Shown: positions 35,174 to 48,619 of the stretch, one piece after another
Layout: each line of letters opens with the position of its first letter
How positions within the stretch are numbered: the first letter of the stretch is position 1
Origin: the human T2T-CHM13v2.0 reference genome, Homo sapiens
NCBI RefSeq assembly: GCF_009914755.1
Contig: NC_060948.1
Length of the DNA stretch: 64,000 nt
Reading direction: 5' to 3' (one strand)
Position numbers and translations under genes: made by a program
The notes under the pieces: model-generated
What the model saw: the letters and a program-made list of their open reading frames with translations, nothing else
Database searches by the model: none
Told to the model about the DNA's origin: nothing

Positions 35174-38100
35174 TCATGGTTTCTGAGCTCCTTGCTCTCA
35201 CCAGAAAGAATCAGAACTTTTAAAGTGTTCTTTATGCCAACTTAAATTTTTCATTTTTACTACCTCATGTTTTGGATGAGGCATGTATTTTTAAATTTAT
35301 TTTCACCCTTATTGTACCTCTATGATAAACTGCTTGCTTACATTCATACCGTAATTATCTCTCAGGTTACTTGTCTGTTCCTAAAGATTCACTGAAACGA
35401 AGAATTCTATATATGCTTGTATCTTTCAGCAACCGTATGTCAGATAGCACTGCACATTACTGCAGACATCGCATATACAGGTCCAAAGGTAGAGGAAGAA
35501 GAAGAAAGCAAGCGTTAAACTCTATTCATTCCTAAAAGCATATCAGAAACTCACAAATAACAGTGAAATCAAAGAATGATCACAGCCAATTCCATTACAT
35601 ACCTAGACTGAAATACGAAACTTCAAAGAAAAGAAACATTAGAACTTTGGGTTTGTAAAAATTTTCCTATATAGATAAAATTGTTGGTAACTGTGTCTCA
35701 CTAGAAAACGTAAACAAAAATCCATGTTTTTCATATTTGTAAATATACATAGTTTTATTTCCATCAGTTATGACATGCAAGCAAGTAATAAAGTGAAAGT
35801 ACAATCAAATGATATATGGAACTTCCTCAGTCTTAAAATATTCCATGGAGACTATCAATTTTATGAAAACTATAAAGAATGCTTCATGAAACTACATTGT
35901 ACAGTGCCATTTACTATTTTACTGACATTTTAAATAATCAACAATTAAAGGGAATACGTCAACATTATTTAATACCAATAACGTTATTTTTCTTGAGTAA
36001 TCCTGTTGAAATTAAGGATTTTAAATAAAACATTAAAAACAAATTATATTGACTGATTTCAGCTTTGGATGAAATCATACTTGTGTATTTGTAGTAATGC
36101 GAAGCATAACTTTCTCCTCACAATTAATCTTTTATAACATCGGTGTTATAGTTTTCTCTGACACCAACATTGTGATATCGCACAGGTTTACTGCATGCAT
36201 GCATTACATGCCTCCAGAGAGTAGGCTTCAAATATATGGAAAAATTATATTTATGAAAAAATTCTAGGAAAGGGAATGGTGAAATGGAAGAGAATTTCTC
36301 ACTTGCTAACTGTTGGACATGGATTTGTATATATTTGGATATAGACACATACTGGCACACTGTGAGTTTGCCCATGTATATATACACTTATATGAGAAAC
36401 CCATAATATATGGGTTGTGTAATCTTTTAATTAATCCATAATTGTATGTGTGTGAAATTAGATAAGCGGTTACCTTTTCTTTACTCAATTTGATGGAAAG
36501 CCAAAAAACTCTGTCCACCTTCATTTCAATTAATCCAATACTGTTAACTGCTGGTAGCTTCATTCTCCTTGTTCTCTTACGGCAACCGGAAAGTTAATTC
36601 TCGCTCTAATTTGGCTTTCAAGGTGCGATCAACAAGAGTGTCACCTTGCTGTGGATTGTGACCTCTGACTCCACCTCTGTCTTCCTTTTGCAGTCCTACC
36701 TTTGCATAGGTAACAAACTTTGTACATGGTTAAAAGGATAAAAGTTCAGTGAAATGTCAAGCCATGCTGTGAAATGTTCCATAGTTTCTATATCTCTAAT
36801 TGTCCTTTGATGTTATAGAGGCAAGAAAAATAATTCAATGTTTTTCTTAGTATCTAGTCCAATGCACTCTTTCTTCATAATACTGCAAACAAGGCACTGA
36901 CATGGAAACGTGGCTGGACGTCTCAAAATCTCTTCTCATTAATTACCATTATGTTAATCACTGTTGCCCACAACTGGAATTGGACTTTGAAATCCCCTGG
37001 TGGAAATTGCTATAATGGCTCAAACTACTGGAAAGACTATCTTTTTTTACCTGAAAATATCTGATGAGCATAGACGTATGCTATATACAGGAAGATATTG
37101 TACATTAACAACATACCATCACTGCCACTCAATAATAGGTATCCCAAACCTTTGAGCCAAACTGAGCTCGGGTGCTCCCACAAACCAAGCTTTTCCCTCC
37201 ACAGATTTCTTATGTCAAAAAGCCACAACTCCAGGCCAGGCTTCGTGGCTCTTGTTGTAATTTCTACATTTTGGGAGGCCGAGGTTGGTGGGTCACTTGA
37301 GGTCAGGAGTTGGAGACCAGCATGGGCAACATGGCAAAAAGCTGTCTCTACCAAAAATACAAAAATTAGCCAGACCTAGTGGCACTTTCCTGTGGTCCCA
37401 GCTACTTGGGAGGCTGAGGTAGGAGAACCACCTGAACATGGGTGGCAGAGATTGTATAGTAAGCCAAGATCAGACTACTGCACTCCAGCCTGGATGACAC
37501 AGCGAGACCATGAAAAAAAAAATAAAGGCAACTCCACTCATCCACTGGCTTAGGTAAAAAATACTGGAGTTGGCTGGGCTCGGTGGCTCACACCTGTATT
37601 CCCAGCACTTTGGATTTTGGGAAGCTGAGTCGGGCGGGTCACCTGAGATCTGTAGTAGGAGAGCAGCCTGGCCAACATGGTGAAGCCTGGCTTCTACTAA
37701 AAATACAAAACATTAGCTGAGCGTGGTGATGCATGCTTGTAATCCCAGCTACTGCAGAGGCTGAACCTGGGAGGCGGAGGATGTGTTGAGCTGAGATCCT
37801 GCCACTGCGCTCCAGCCTGGTCTACAGAGCGAGAGTACCCTGTGAGAAACAAAGGTGAAGAGAACAAGAAAAAAAAATGAGAAAAATAAGACCCACTGCA
37901 AAAGGTTGCCACAGAAAAGATTAAACATTTCAGCAACTTCTATCTTCTATCATGGAAGCCAAGGTTATTTGGACCAAACCTCCTGTCTTAGTTCATTTTC
38001 ACGCTGCTGAAGAAGAGATACCTGAAACTGGGAATAAAAGGAGGTTTAATTGGACTGACAGTTCCACATGGCTGTGGAGGCCTCAGAATCATGGTATACG

Positions 38101-41100
38101 AATAAAGGCACTTCTTACATGGCAATGCCAAGAGAGAATGAGGAAGAACCTGAGGCAGAAACCCCTGAAAAACCCATCAGATCCCGTGAGACTTCTTCAC
38201 TGTCACAAGAATAGCATGAGAAAGACCGACCCCCATGATTCAATTACCTCCCCCTGGGTCCCACCCGCAACACGAGGGAATTCTGGGAGATACAATTGAA
38301 GCTGAGATTTGAATGGAGACACACCAAACCATGTCACTTCCCAAACAATTAAAAATTCCCAATAGAAGAAGCATTAATTATATCAAAAAGTGGTGGACCA
38401 AGAAGGAACTATTAGCCTCATATCTCAAGAAAGACTCCAGTCAAGGCCTAGGGACTACTCATGAAAAGAGTTTAATAGCCGACTCTCTCCCAGTGGATCT
38501 GGATTCCACCGGACTGTATCTTCACAGTAAGGGTGAAACAGAAGCAAACCCATTCCTATTTCCAAGCTCAAGGAACTTTGGTCAAAGTTCTCTTGGAGCT
38601 GAGCAGAACAAGGAGGCAAACAGAAAAGATTTGTGTCCCTGAGAAGTCATGGCCACAGGCTGGCTATCACACAGATTGTCAAGCCAGTTCCATATTGCAT
38701 GGGTATTACAGAAAATCTCAAAACATAAATTTGTGTGTGGGTTGTCCCAGAGTAGCAGGATCTGGCAGAAGGAAATTTCCTTCTAACCCTCAAAGAATCC
38801 ACATAAATCTTGTTACATTTGGGATTTTACGATTTGCTTCAAGAATGAGAATGGCCTTAATTTTCATATCTTTTTCTACACTCAGTTTATGGCTTGTTGG
38901 CGTCAAAGTTCTGCTTGCTTCACACAATGAGTTTAGGATTTTCCCTTTTTTATTCTATAGAATTCTTCATATATATTGAAATGCTCTGCCTGGGGAAAAA
39001 AATCTGAGCCTAGCGTTTTATCTCTAGGAAGAATCCTTTATTTCCTTGAACATTTATGAGACTATACAGATTATATATGTCTTCTTGTATCAATTTTACT
39101 AAGCTATATACATAGCTTATGTTTATATATTATATATATAAATGTAAGATACAAATATAAAAATTATGTATAAATATGAAAATATAAATAGAAAGCGATA
39201 TATATGTCTATATATATAGACAGATTATAAATATCTGTCTATTTGATCTAAGTTTTCAAATTTGTAGGTTAAGGTGTTAACGATATTTCCTTATTAGCTT
39301 CTTAATCTATGCTGTATCTATGGTTGTGTACCTTTTAAATTCTTAGTTTTATCTATGTTTTCTCCCTTTTTTTCTAAACTTGACTGACGGTTGCATCATT
39401 TATTATATTTCTCCAACAAGCAAAGGTTAGCTTTGTATGTTTTACTAATTTTGTCTACATCATTATTCCCACACTTTAGTTTTTCAGAATTGATTCTGTT
39501 GTTTCTTTTCTAATTCTTTATTGAAATATCTAGTACATTAATTTTCAAGTTATTAGAGAAATATTTGTCTGTAAACTCCTATTGTAATATCACTTTTCTT
39601 GCTACTCACAGATTTAATCTTTAATATTGGCGGTATCATTGAGTTCTAAGTACATTTCAATTCCTAGTATGATAATCTATGAATTGCTGAGAAATAGTGT
39701 TTACAATTTTGTTGTTCTATTTCCACTTAAGTTTATTTTTACTTCTGCTAACTCAATTGAAAATTCTTTACTAATTTTTAAAATCCTTGAACCCAAGAGA
39801 TGGAGGTTGCAGTGAGCTGAGATCAGGCCACTGCATTCCAGACTGAGTGACAGAGTGGAACGAGATTTCAAAACAAAACAAAACAAAACAAAACAAAACA
39901 AAACAGTCACTGGAAAGATAATAAAATACATAAATGTGGGATGTAATATGTAATCGTGATAAAATAAACTGGATTTTTTGTATAAGTTATACATATAAAT
40001 GTAATGCCAAGACACTGATAAGACAACTCATGGTCTTATCTCAATACTTAGTGTCTTCATGTAACATATGTCCTTTAGGATAGTTATAGTCCGTTTTCTT
40101 TCCAGGAGAGACAGATGAGAATGCAGAAATGTTAAAGTGCAAGGGACGGAAGCTTCCAGCTGTGCCCACCTGTAACCTGACGTAGACAGTTCCACCGTTT
40201 GCTTCATTAATCATGCCAAAGGCTCTAATGCAAATGTGGTACAGAGTCACATGTTTTTGTATCTACATGATAGAAACTATAACTTCATCCCTATATAGAA
40301 GGGTATATAGCATATGCCTCAGTGATAAATATAAGTGAATCCTTGATCAGTAGGAAACCATTTTAAAAGTCTTTCATAACAGAACAAAATCCCTGAAAAC
40401 ATTTTCTTCTCAATCTCTGAGTTTTCTTACACGGCTTATGAATCTCTAGCCATACTAAAGAGATAGTATGCTGCTCTTCCCACAAATTATTCATTGTATA
40501 TAATTCCTGTAATCTAATAACAGTACCTTTACACCTCAGGGTTTAAAATGACTCCAACCTTTTTCTGTTTCTCCAATTAAAATAACTTTTTTAAGGTTTA
40601 ATCTTCAGTAATTTTTTGTAGTAATATTTTTGAAGGTATTTGACCAGGATGATTTGCTTATATACCTACCTGACGTCTCCCTTTCTTCTGAATACATATT
40701 TTATTACCCACCTATTAGATCTAAGTTTAAGAAGTTGGAATAGGGATTTAAATCTAAATTCTACATTTGAATTTACAGGAGTCAGCGAGTCCGGGAAGTG
40801 CCTTTATGCACAGACCAATATCTGGCAATGGCACTAGGAGACAAATAAGCTTTACCAGTCTCAAAGCCCTGGCTACTACAGTGAATCCACCCTTCTCCTG
40901 GATCTTATCTACTTCAGCAAAAGAAGGCCACCCACTAAACCAGGCCCTTGTACTTTGGGTGGAAACTCCTAAGTCCTCTAGTCTCCTCAAACAGACAGCC
41001 AGGCTGCCAATTTCCACAATAATAATTTCTATAGCACTGAGTCTTTGGTAGCCTTGTAACTATAGCTACTGATGCTACAGTCTGGTCCCTGTATGATAAA

Positions 41101-41563
41101 ACACCAGAGCAACAGAAACAAAAATATTGACTGAAGCCTTCTAAAATCTCTCTAAATATACCTTCAATAAATATCGTTTTTTTTACAGAACGACTGCTTT
41201 CAGCTTCCTGAACTAACGCTTGGCCTTCGCTAGTTGTCACTGTTGAAATTGATTCAAAAGTGTACATTTAACATGAAAGTCAACACAGAATTTCATGTGT
41301 CAGCAACTAAAATTTTCAAAATGTTGCAAAATACAAATGTGAAACTGTATTTGTGAAATTTACCATTCATTGAAATTATATTTTCATACCTACCCAGGCA
41401 CAGAATTTTTTATAACTGTCTGCATGTTCTCCTCATGTGGGGGAAAAGCAGCATCAGCAGGCAGAGGAATCCTTTGAAGCTGGAGGGAGAGGTTGCAGTG
41501 ATCTGAGAGTTTGCCACTTGACTGCAGCCTGGATGACACAGTGAGACTCCAACTGAAAAGAAA

Positions 41564-41598
<35 letters not shown>

Positions 41599-41663
41599 CC
41601 AAAATTGATAAGTAAAAAAAAAATCCATATTCGAAAACATGCTCACAGGCTAACTCCCATATC

Positions 41664-41708
<45 letters not shown>

Positions 41709-42838
41709 TCCTTGAAAACGAAAGTTCCACAAGGGCAAAACAAGAAAACAAATTTAACACCCCCCAAAGAAAGTACAAAGAGTAACCTCAAAAGAACCGC
41801 AGGGGAAAACAATTCAAAATTTACAAGTATCTACCCTAAAAGAAGCTGAAAGTCCCTCAAAAACTTTCCAGAGGCCATGTCCTTGTATTACAAAAATGAT
41901 CATAAAAACTGGCAGGAGTAGACGAATAGAAATGCATCTTAAAACTTGCTAAACCCTTCAAGTCTCCCATAAGAATTGTAATGGAAAATGGATCGGTCGG
42001 CAGCTTTTTCCATACAATTATGAACAAATTATATTTCTTCATACATAGATTTGTTTTTTCAATATTCTAAGGAATTAACTTTTATATTAATAGTAGGTGA
42101 TGTAAGAAAGCAGGCCTTTATCAAGATAACTGACACTGGATGTCCATACCATTACTCAGGTGGGCCTTAATTCCCAGCCGGGTTCCCTCCCTGGACACAC
42201 ACTGAAGGTCCCCAGCCATTTGGCAATCTCTTCACATTCCCAGCCCTGGAGGTAGCCCTAAAATACATGTACCTGAAGAAAATAAAACATTGCCTCACAC
42301 TGGAGCCCAGTGTGGTCCTCCAGATTCCGTGTGAGGTGGACTAACTTATATGGGAAGGCAGGGCAGCGGGAGTGAGGATGGCAGAGAGGATTACACATGT
42401 CAAGGCAGCCGGGGTCATGGAAACAAAACATGACTGGCCTGGGAGAAACACTGTGAAAGGACATACACCTAGGTGGGCCTCAGGTGGACATCCTCGTGGA
42501 GAAAAAGGGGGCCCTGGTTGATCTCAAAATGAGCCCCAGGTGGTAGCAGGTCTTACCGCAGGGCAGGGAGCTGGCGAGTAATGATGAGACAGCTATCCCT
42601 TAAGCCCTGCTTGTCACCCACTGACTTTAGCCACATATGCATCATAGTGGCTTAAGGTGCCCCGATCCTGAAATGTGGGTGTTACATGTCCCTGATGGGC
42701 CTCTCTCCCCCAACCCACGGATTGCCTGGGATTGCTCACTGCAGTCTCCTCCCGGATCCTTGGGTTCTCCATGTGGGGCCCAGATCCAGGTCAAAAGGCC
42801 TCTCAGTTCCCAGCCCTTCCCAGCCCTAGGCTGCTCGC

Positions 42839-45415
42839 CTGGCCTCCTCTCTGTTCCGCCTCTAGGGCTGACCCTCTCTCCATGGGATAGAACTGCAATG
42901 GATTGAGCCATAGGCCCTGGGTGATGATCTAGGTGACTGCAGAAGTGGGTCCAGGACAGTTCAGGTGACAGTTCAAAGCCAATTCCCCAGAGACCAAGGA
43001 ATGACCAGCTAGGTCCTTTCCCATGATGCCCCACGGCGAACCCCACCTCAGCAATCCTGCCAAAACCCGGGCAGTCATGTTCAGCCAAACAGCTGAATGA
43101 GCTCAGGTAGGAGGTGTACTGCCTGCAGCTGGAGGCTTGACCTTCGTGATCCCAGAACCGCTGGACTGCAGTGGAATGAGACACCCTGTAGCCTGCAGGG
43201 AGAGGAGTCAGGAAGGTTCATGCCAGTCCCACCCTCCCACACACCAGCTCCCCTACCATGCTGGGAGGCATTCCTTACCGAGGATGCCAACACAGTGCTC
43301 CTTCATGATGATTTCACTGTGGAAATAAAGGTTGGGATGAAAGGAAATCATCCTGCCACCGGTAACCGGGATGGCTGAGTTCCTCCACCTGCCGGATCAA
43401 GGAGAAAGAGGATGGATTCAATGGGACCATCTCAACTAGCCGGGCTGAGGTGGCCTACTAGCTGTAGTGAACCATGAGTTTCCCCTTCCCAGCTCTCCCA
43501 CTGAGACAACCCTGGTCCCCAGGGGGACCTCAAACTGACTCAGACACTGGACTCCTCCCACAGACCCAGGCTCCCCAGCCTGACCTGCAAATCCATCACG
43601 TAGCAAAGCAGGACTTCCGCATGCTTTCCGACCCACGCCGACATCTCGTGTGCCAAACAATCTACCTCTGCGCAAGAACTCTCCAGAGGATTGGGTGGGC
43701 AAGCCTCGTGACGCCTTGCAATTTCGCAAGAACACAGACAATGTGGAACAGGGCCATCTCCCAGACATTTGGCCAGTCACCCTTCATTGTTGGCCCTCTA
43801 TCTCTGTCTGGCGAGGAGGCAACGCCACAACTGTGGTGGTTTTTGGAGTGGGTGGACCCCGGCCAAGACGGCCTGGGCTGACCAGAGACGGGAGGCAGAA
43901 AAAGTGGGCAGGTGGTTGCAGCTGAGGGACGGGAGGGGCCGGGGGTGGTGTGAGGCGGCTGCTTCTCTGAGTTTCTGAGATGCAGGAGGCCTTTGTGTGC
44001 TGGGTGCTGGACATGCTCCGCTGATGTCCGGGTGTGTGGTGTCCTCTTATCCTAGTATCCCTGAGGGGTGGGCCTGTCCACCTGAGGGAAGCCTTGTAGT
44101 TAGAAGCCACAGCAGGGTCGTGCCTGGCGCTCTCCAAGGGAATTGCGTGGGTCCAGAGGAAGTTATACAGGCTCAGGGCCTACACGCCTTTGAGTGCAGC
44201 GCCTGCAGTTGGATGAATGCGCATCTGCGGAGCTGGTGCCCGCCGTCAGGTGGTCGGCAGCCCCATGCGCCGCGAACCCGTCTTAAGCACCTTGCGTTTC
44301 TGGGGTGAGCCTGCTGGAAACAGGCACCGAGAGCAGGGGTGGTTCAATGGCTGGTAATGGCATACAGATTCCCCGTCCTCCAGGGACGTTCCCAGGGAAA
44401 CGCGTCCTTCGAATTTGGGCTGTGCGCAAAGGGACCTTGGCGCCGCGATTCTCCCTTGTCAGTGCTGGCCCTGGCTCCCCTTCCCTACCACGTGCTCCCA
44501 GGGCTGCTACAAGCGAGCTGCCCTCACAGCTGCGGGAACGTGGCCTCGGCTCCCACGCTGTCCCCCATCCCCTGCCTCCTGGCTGACCCCACGTGCCTCC
44601 CACCTGGCTCCTCCCCGCAAACAGCCCCCATACCCCCCGAGGCCCGATGACTATCCCCTGCTGCCCGCCATCCCAAATCGGCAGCCGCAAGGATATGGCT
44701 CTGGCTCACAAGGCGGAGATGCTCTGTGGCCTGGGGCATTCACGGAGCCCAGCTCCAAGTGAAGGACCTCCAGCGAGTCCATTGACGGCCCCGGTGTGCT
44801 CGGTCCAGGGCCAGGCTGTGCCCGCTGGCCCTCCTTCTGCCACCCCACGTCGGGCTCCACCTCAACCACCACCTCCACCTCAGCCATGATGTCTTCCACC
44901 TTCAGCACCGCCTCCTCTTCCAAGGCCGCCTCCTTGCTCTGTACCCCGGCCGTCCTCTCCAGCATTGCCTCCAGCCTGAACACGGTTTTCTCCTGGGTGC
45001 TCCCACAGACCCTGGGCCTGCGCAGCCCAGCCCAGCCCAGCCCATGCCCCGCACCCGTAGGCTCTGGGGGCCCGCTCCCCAGCAGACCCGCTCCCTGCAA
45101 GACCCACGGGCGTCGCCCTGCTGTGAACCTGGTCCCACACCTACGTGGACCCAGGTTTCCTGAGGAGCTCCGCTGGACCCGCAGATCCCGCACTGGCCAA
45201 AGGGCTCCGGTCCCCAGCAGGCTCAACTGCGCACAGGAGCTCGGGAGCCAGAGGCCCCGGCCCTGGGCTTGCAGAGCCCCACCAACAGGCACCGCAACCG
45301 CTGCTGCGGGTGCGGGAGCCTCTGGGTCGTCAAGGCAGCGCACAACAGCGTGCGCGCAGGCCGACAATGGCCAACCCTGGCGGCTGGCCTCTGGTGTGCC
45401 CAGGGCATAGGGCAA
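42839..45415 (-). pseudogene. FAM197Y: Inverted TSPY-derived gene (FAM197Y-type), unit 3
   Basis: Copy at offset +40547; ORFs 44651-45415 and 42642-43184. Confidence 0.85.
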
Positions 45416-46038
45416 GAGGCCCTTTGGAATGCTCCTTGGAGTACAGCATCCTCAGGGAGGAAGCATGGTACTCGGAGCCTCTATTTGCCTCGACCTGTGA
45501 GAGTGTGTGCCGGGGCTCTGGCCTCTACAGCAGATCAATTCCACCTCAGCACCGGCAGGCGACTTTCCTCCCACGTGCCCGCCCCGATCACTTCCCCCAG
45601 GACACCCCTGCCGCCCTAGCCCCAGCAACCAGAGAGAGTTCTCTGCATCTGCTGTATTACCTCCGTACCATCTACCTGGCCTGCCTAACGAAGAGAGATG
45701 TTTCCTGTGTTCATGACACATAGAGATGTTCATGGCTTGCCACACTGAGGATGTCAGGGCACAGGGCTGCCATGCCCACAATTCCAAAGGCCACGCAGCC
45801 CGCGTGTGCCCGGATGCCTAGCTACCCGGCACAAGCTCCAAGGGCTTCTCGGAGGAGGCTTGGGCAGGGAAGGCGGGGGGTGGGGGGGCTGGAGATGCAG
45901 GCCCGCCAGTGGCTGTGCCGCCCAGGGAGACGCCCACCGCCCTCCCATTGACTGGCCACGACGGGAGGAAGTCGGCCTGGGTGCGGCCCCCCGGCCCTTC
46001 GCGCGCAGTCCCTTAGGGGGCGCCTGGAAGCCCGGCGC

Positions 46039-48619
46039 ATGCGCCCTGAGGGCTCGCTGACCTACCGGGTGCCAGAGAGGCTGCGGCAGGGTTTCTGTGG
46101 CGTGGGTCGGGCAGCACAGGCCTTGGTGTGTGCGAGTGCCAAGGAGGGCACCGCCTTCAGGATGGAGGCTGTACAGGAGGGGGCGGCCGGGGTGGAGAGT
46201 GAGCAGGCGGCTTTGGGGGAGGAGGCGGTGCTGCTGTTGGATGACATAATGGCGGAGGTGGAGGTGGTGGCGGAGGTGGAGGTGGTGGCGGAGGAGGAGG
46301 GCCTCGTGGAGCGGCGGGAGGAGGCCCAGCGGGCACAGCAGGCTGTGCCTGGCCCTGGGCCCATGACCCCAGAGTCTGCACTGGAGGAGCTGCTGGCCGT
46401 TCAGGTGGAGCTGGAGCCGGTTAATGCCCAAGCCAGGAAGGCCTTTTCTCGGCAGCGGGAAAAGATGGAGCGGAGGCGCAAGCCCCAGCTAGACCGCAGA
46501 GGCGCCGTCATCCAGAGCGTCCCTGGCTTCTGGGCCAATGTTGTATCCTTCTCAGTGTTTCTTCGGCCTTTCTAGTGGAGAGGTGCTCTCGGGGAAGTGT
46601 AAGTGACCGATGGGCAGCTCGGCGTCGATGTGACTCTTTGGGGAACAAAGGGGAGTTGCCACGGACCAGTGTGGCTGTGGAAAGCCGGAGCAGGCGTGGG
46701 TACTATTGTCCTGCATGCGGCAGAGAAACCCTTGGTGATGCCGAGCAGCAGACGTTTGGGGCATCTTTTTGAAGAGCAGAAGCGAGTTCAGAGCGGAAGA
46801 GGTTTTTCAGTGAATGAAGCTATTTTTAAGGGAGTGTGATTGCTGCCCCTTGCTAGTCCGATCTGGGACTGGGCGTCTTCGGCTATAAGCAGATTCTGCC
46901 ACTCCTCAGACACCAGCAAGTCTCTGCAAATCGCGCCTCCCCATGTCAGTGCAGTCAGCCTCAGAATCATACACCCTCTGTGAACACAGGAGGCCTTAGT
47001 TTACGGGGACGGGGAGGCGAAAGGAGATCATACATGGAAGCAGATCTGAGAAATCCCCTACCCCAGCCTCTGGGTGCTCTTAGGCCTTCTTCCCTGTTGC
47101 TCCTCGCTTTCCCTTCCATCGTGTGTAAAGTCTCTTTGACCTAAATCAGATTGCAAACCACCCCCAGATGTCAGCCCTGATCACTGACGAAGATGAAGAC
47201 ATGCTGAGCTACATGGTCAGCCTGGAGGTGAGGCCAGGAAGACTGGGGCTAGAGGGTTTAGCGGGGGAGGGTAAGGGAAATAATTCATTCCTGTAAGCAA
47301 GAGTGAGCACCTCACCCGAAAACCTATCTAAGCTTTCTCCACCTTGTCCTGACAGGTGGAAGAAGAGAAGCATCCTGTTCATCTCTGCAAGATCATGTTG
47401 TTCTTTCGGAGTAACCCCTACTTCCAGAATAAAGTGATTACCAAGGAATATCTGGTGAACATCACAGGTGACAGGTGGCTCCCAGGATGGGTAGTGGAAG
47501 GAAGATGGTGGGTGGATCATTGCCAACGGGATCCAGCCCCCTTCCCACAAAAACTCCTGTCTCTGTAGAATACAGGGCTTCTCATTCCACTCCAATTGAG
47601 TGGTATCCGGATTATGAAGTGGAGGCCTATCGCCGCAGACACCACAACAGCAGCCTTAACTTCTTCAACTGGTTCTCTGACCACAACTTCGCAGGATCTA
47701 ACAAGATTGCTGAGGTGAGTCCTCACTGGGAAACATGAGGAATGACCCCGTGTGTTCCCAGCTGCTTGGGTCACCTTTCTGAGCCCTGATGAGGCCTTTC
47801 CCGATTGAGTCCCCTGACAGATCCTATGTAAGGACCTGTGGCGCAATCCCCTGCAATACTACAAGAGGATGAAGCCACCTGAAGAGGGAACAGAGACGTC
47901 AGGTGAGCCGTTAGTTGGCACTGGAGCTGTTTGATGCCCAGTATAAGGGGGTTGACACACCTGCCTATTCAGGGAGCCTGGGTGCTCATTTCAGAAATGT
48001 AGAAATTGAGGCTCCTTTCGTACATGTAGAAATTCCTTGAGAGGAAGACAGAGAGTGACAGAATCCAGGACGTTCATGGCATTGGGCTGAAAAGGCACGT
48101 TAGAGACTGCACTGCAAAGCGGGTGATAGCTGTGGAGTCTTAAGCCCAGTGAAGAATCGTCCATTTCCAGAATCAATGAGAAGTAAAGCTGAAAATCATT
48201 CAGTTCAGTCTGTGGCACTTGATTCCACGGCTGTCAACCCCACCGGCAGTCATCCCACCAACCCCATGAGATTGGGCTCCCTGAATGTGCGTCCTGGTCA
48301 TCCTTGCCCCAAACCACAAAGGACTGTTTAGATTGATGGATTTCCTTAAGCTGTTGCCCCATCAGACTTGTGTGTGCTTTTAGGGCCCAGTGCATCTTGT
48401 TAGCTGACTCCCCTCACAGACAATACTGGGAATGGGGCAGGGATTGCGCAGAACAGTTTGTAACACGTGGTAGGAGGAAGTTTAAGGGATCACAAATGGG
48501 GAAGGGATATCCTTTTCTCAGCGGGCCCCACAATTGAAACATTTCAAAGTATGGCTCAGAGAAAATGCGTTTTAACATGAGTTTGTGTTTCTCTAGGGGA
48601 CTCCCAGTTGTTGAGTTGA
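46039..48619 (+). CDS. TSPY: TSPY copy 3, six exons, 314 aa
   Basis: Exons 46039-46542, 47150-47227, 47356-47467, 47569-47714, 47821-47902 and 48597-48619, intact. Has duplicated AEVEVV and the variants ESALEE, KPQL and VEEEK. Confidence 0.97.

Larger units (their letters stand above)
20285..40551 (+). repeat. TSPY array tandem unit 2 (20267 bp)
   Basis: Near-identical direct copy of unit 1. It differs by SNVs, microsatellite lengths and an 18-bp exon-1 indel. Confidence 0.97.

Noticed and set aside
5492-48619. Assigning numbered symbols (TSPY1/3/4/8/10) to individual copies
   Set aside because: The copies differ by only a few sites and numbering depends on the assembly, so this cannot be done reliably without a database comparison.
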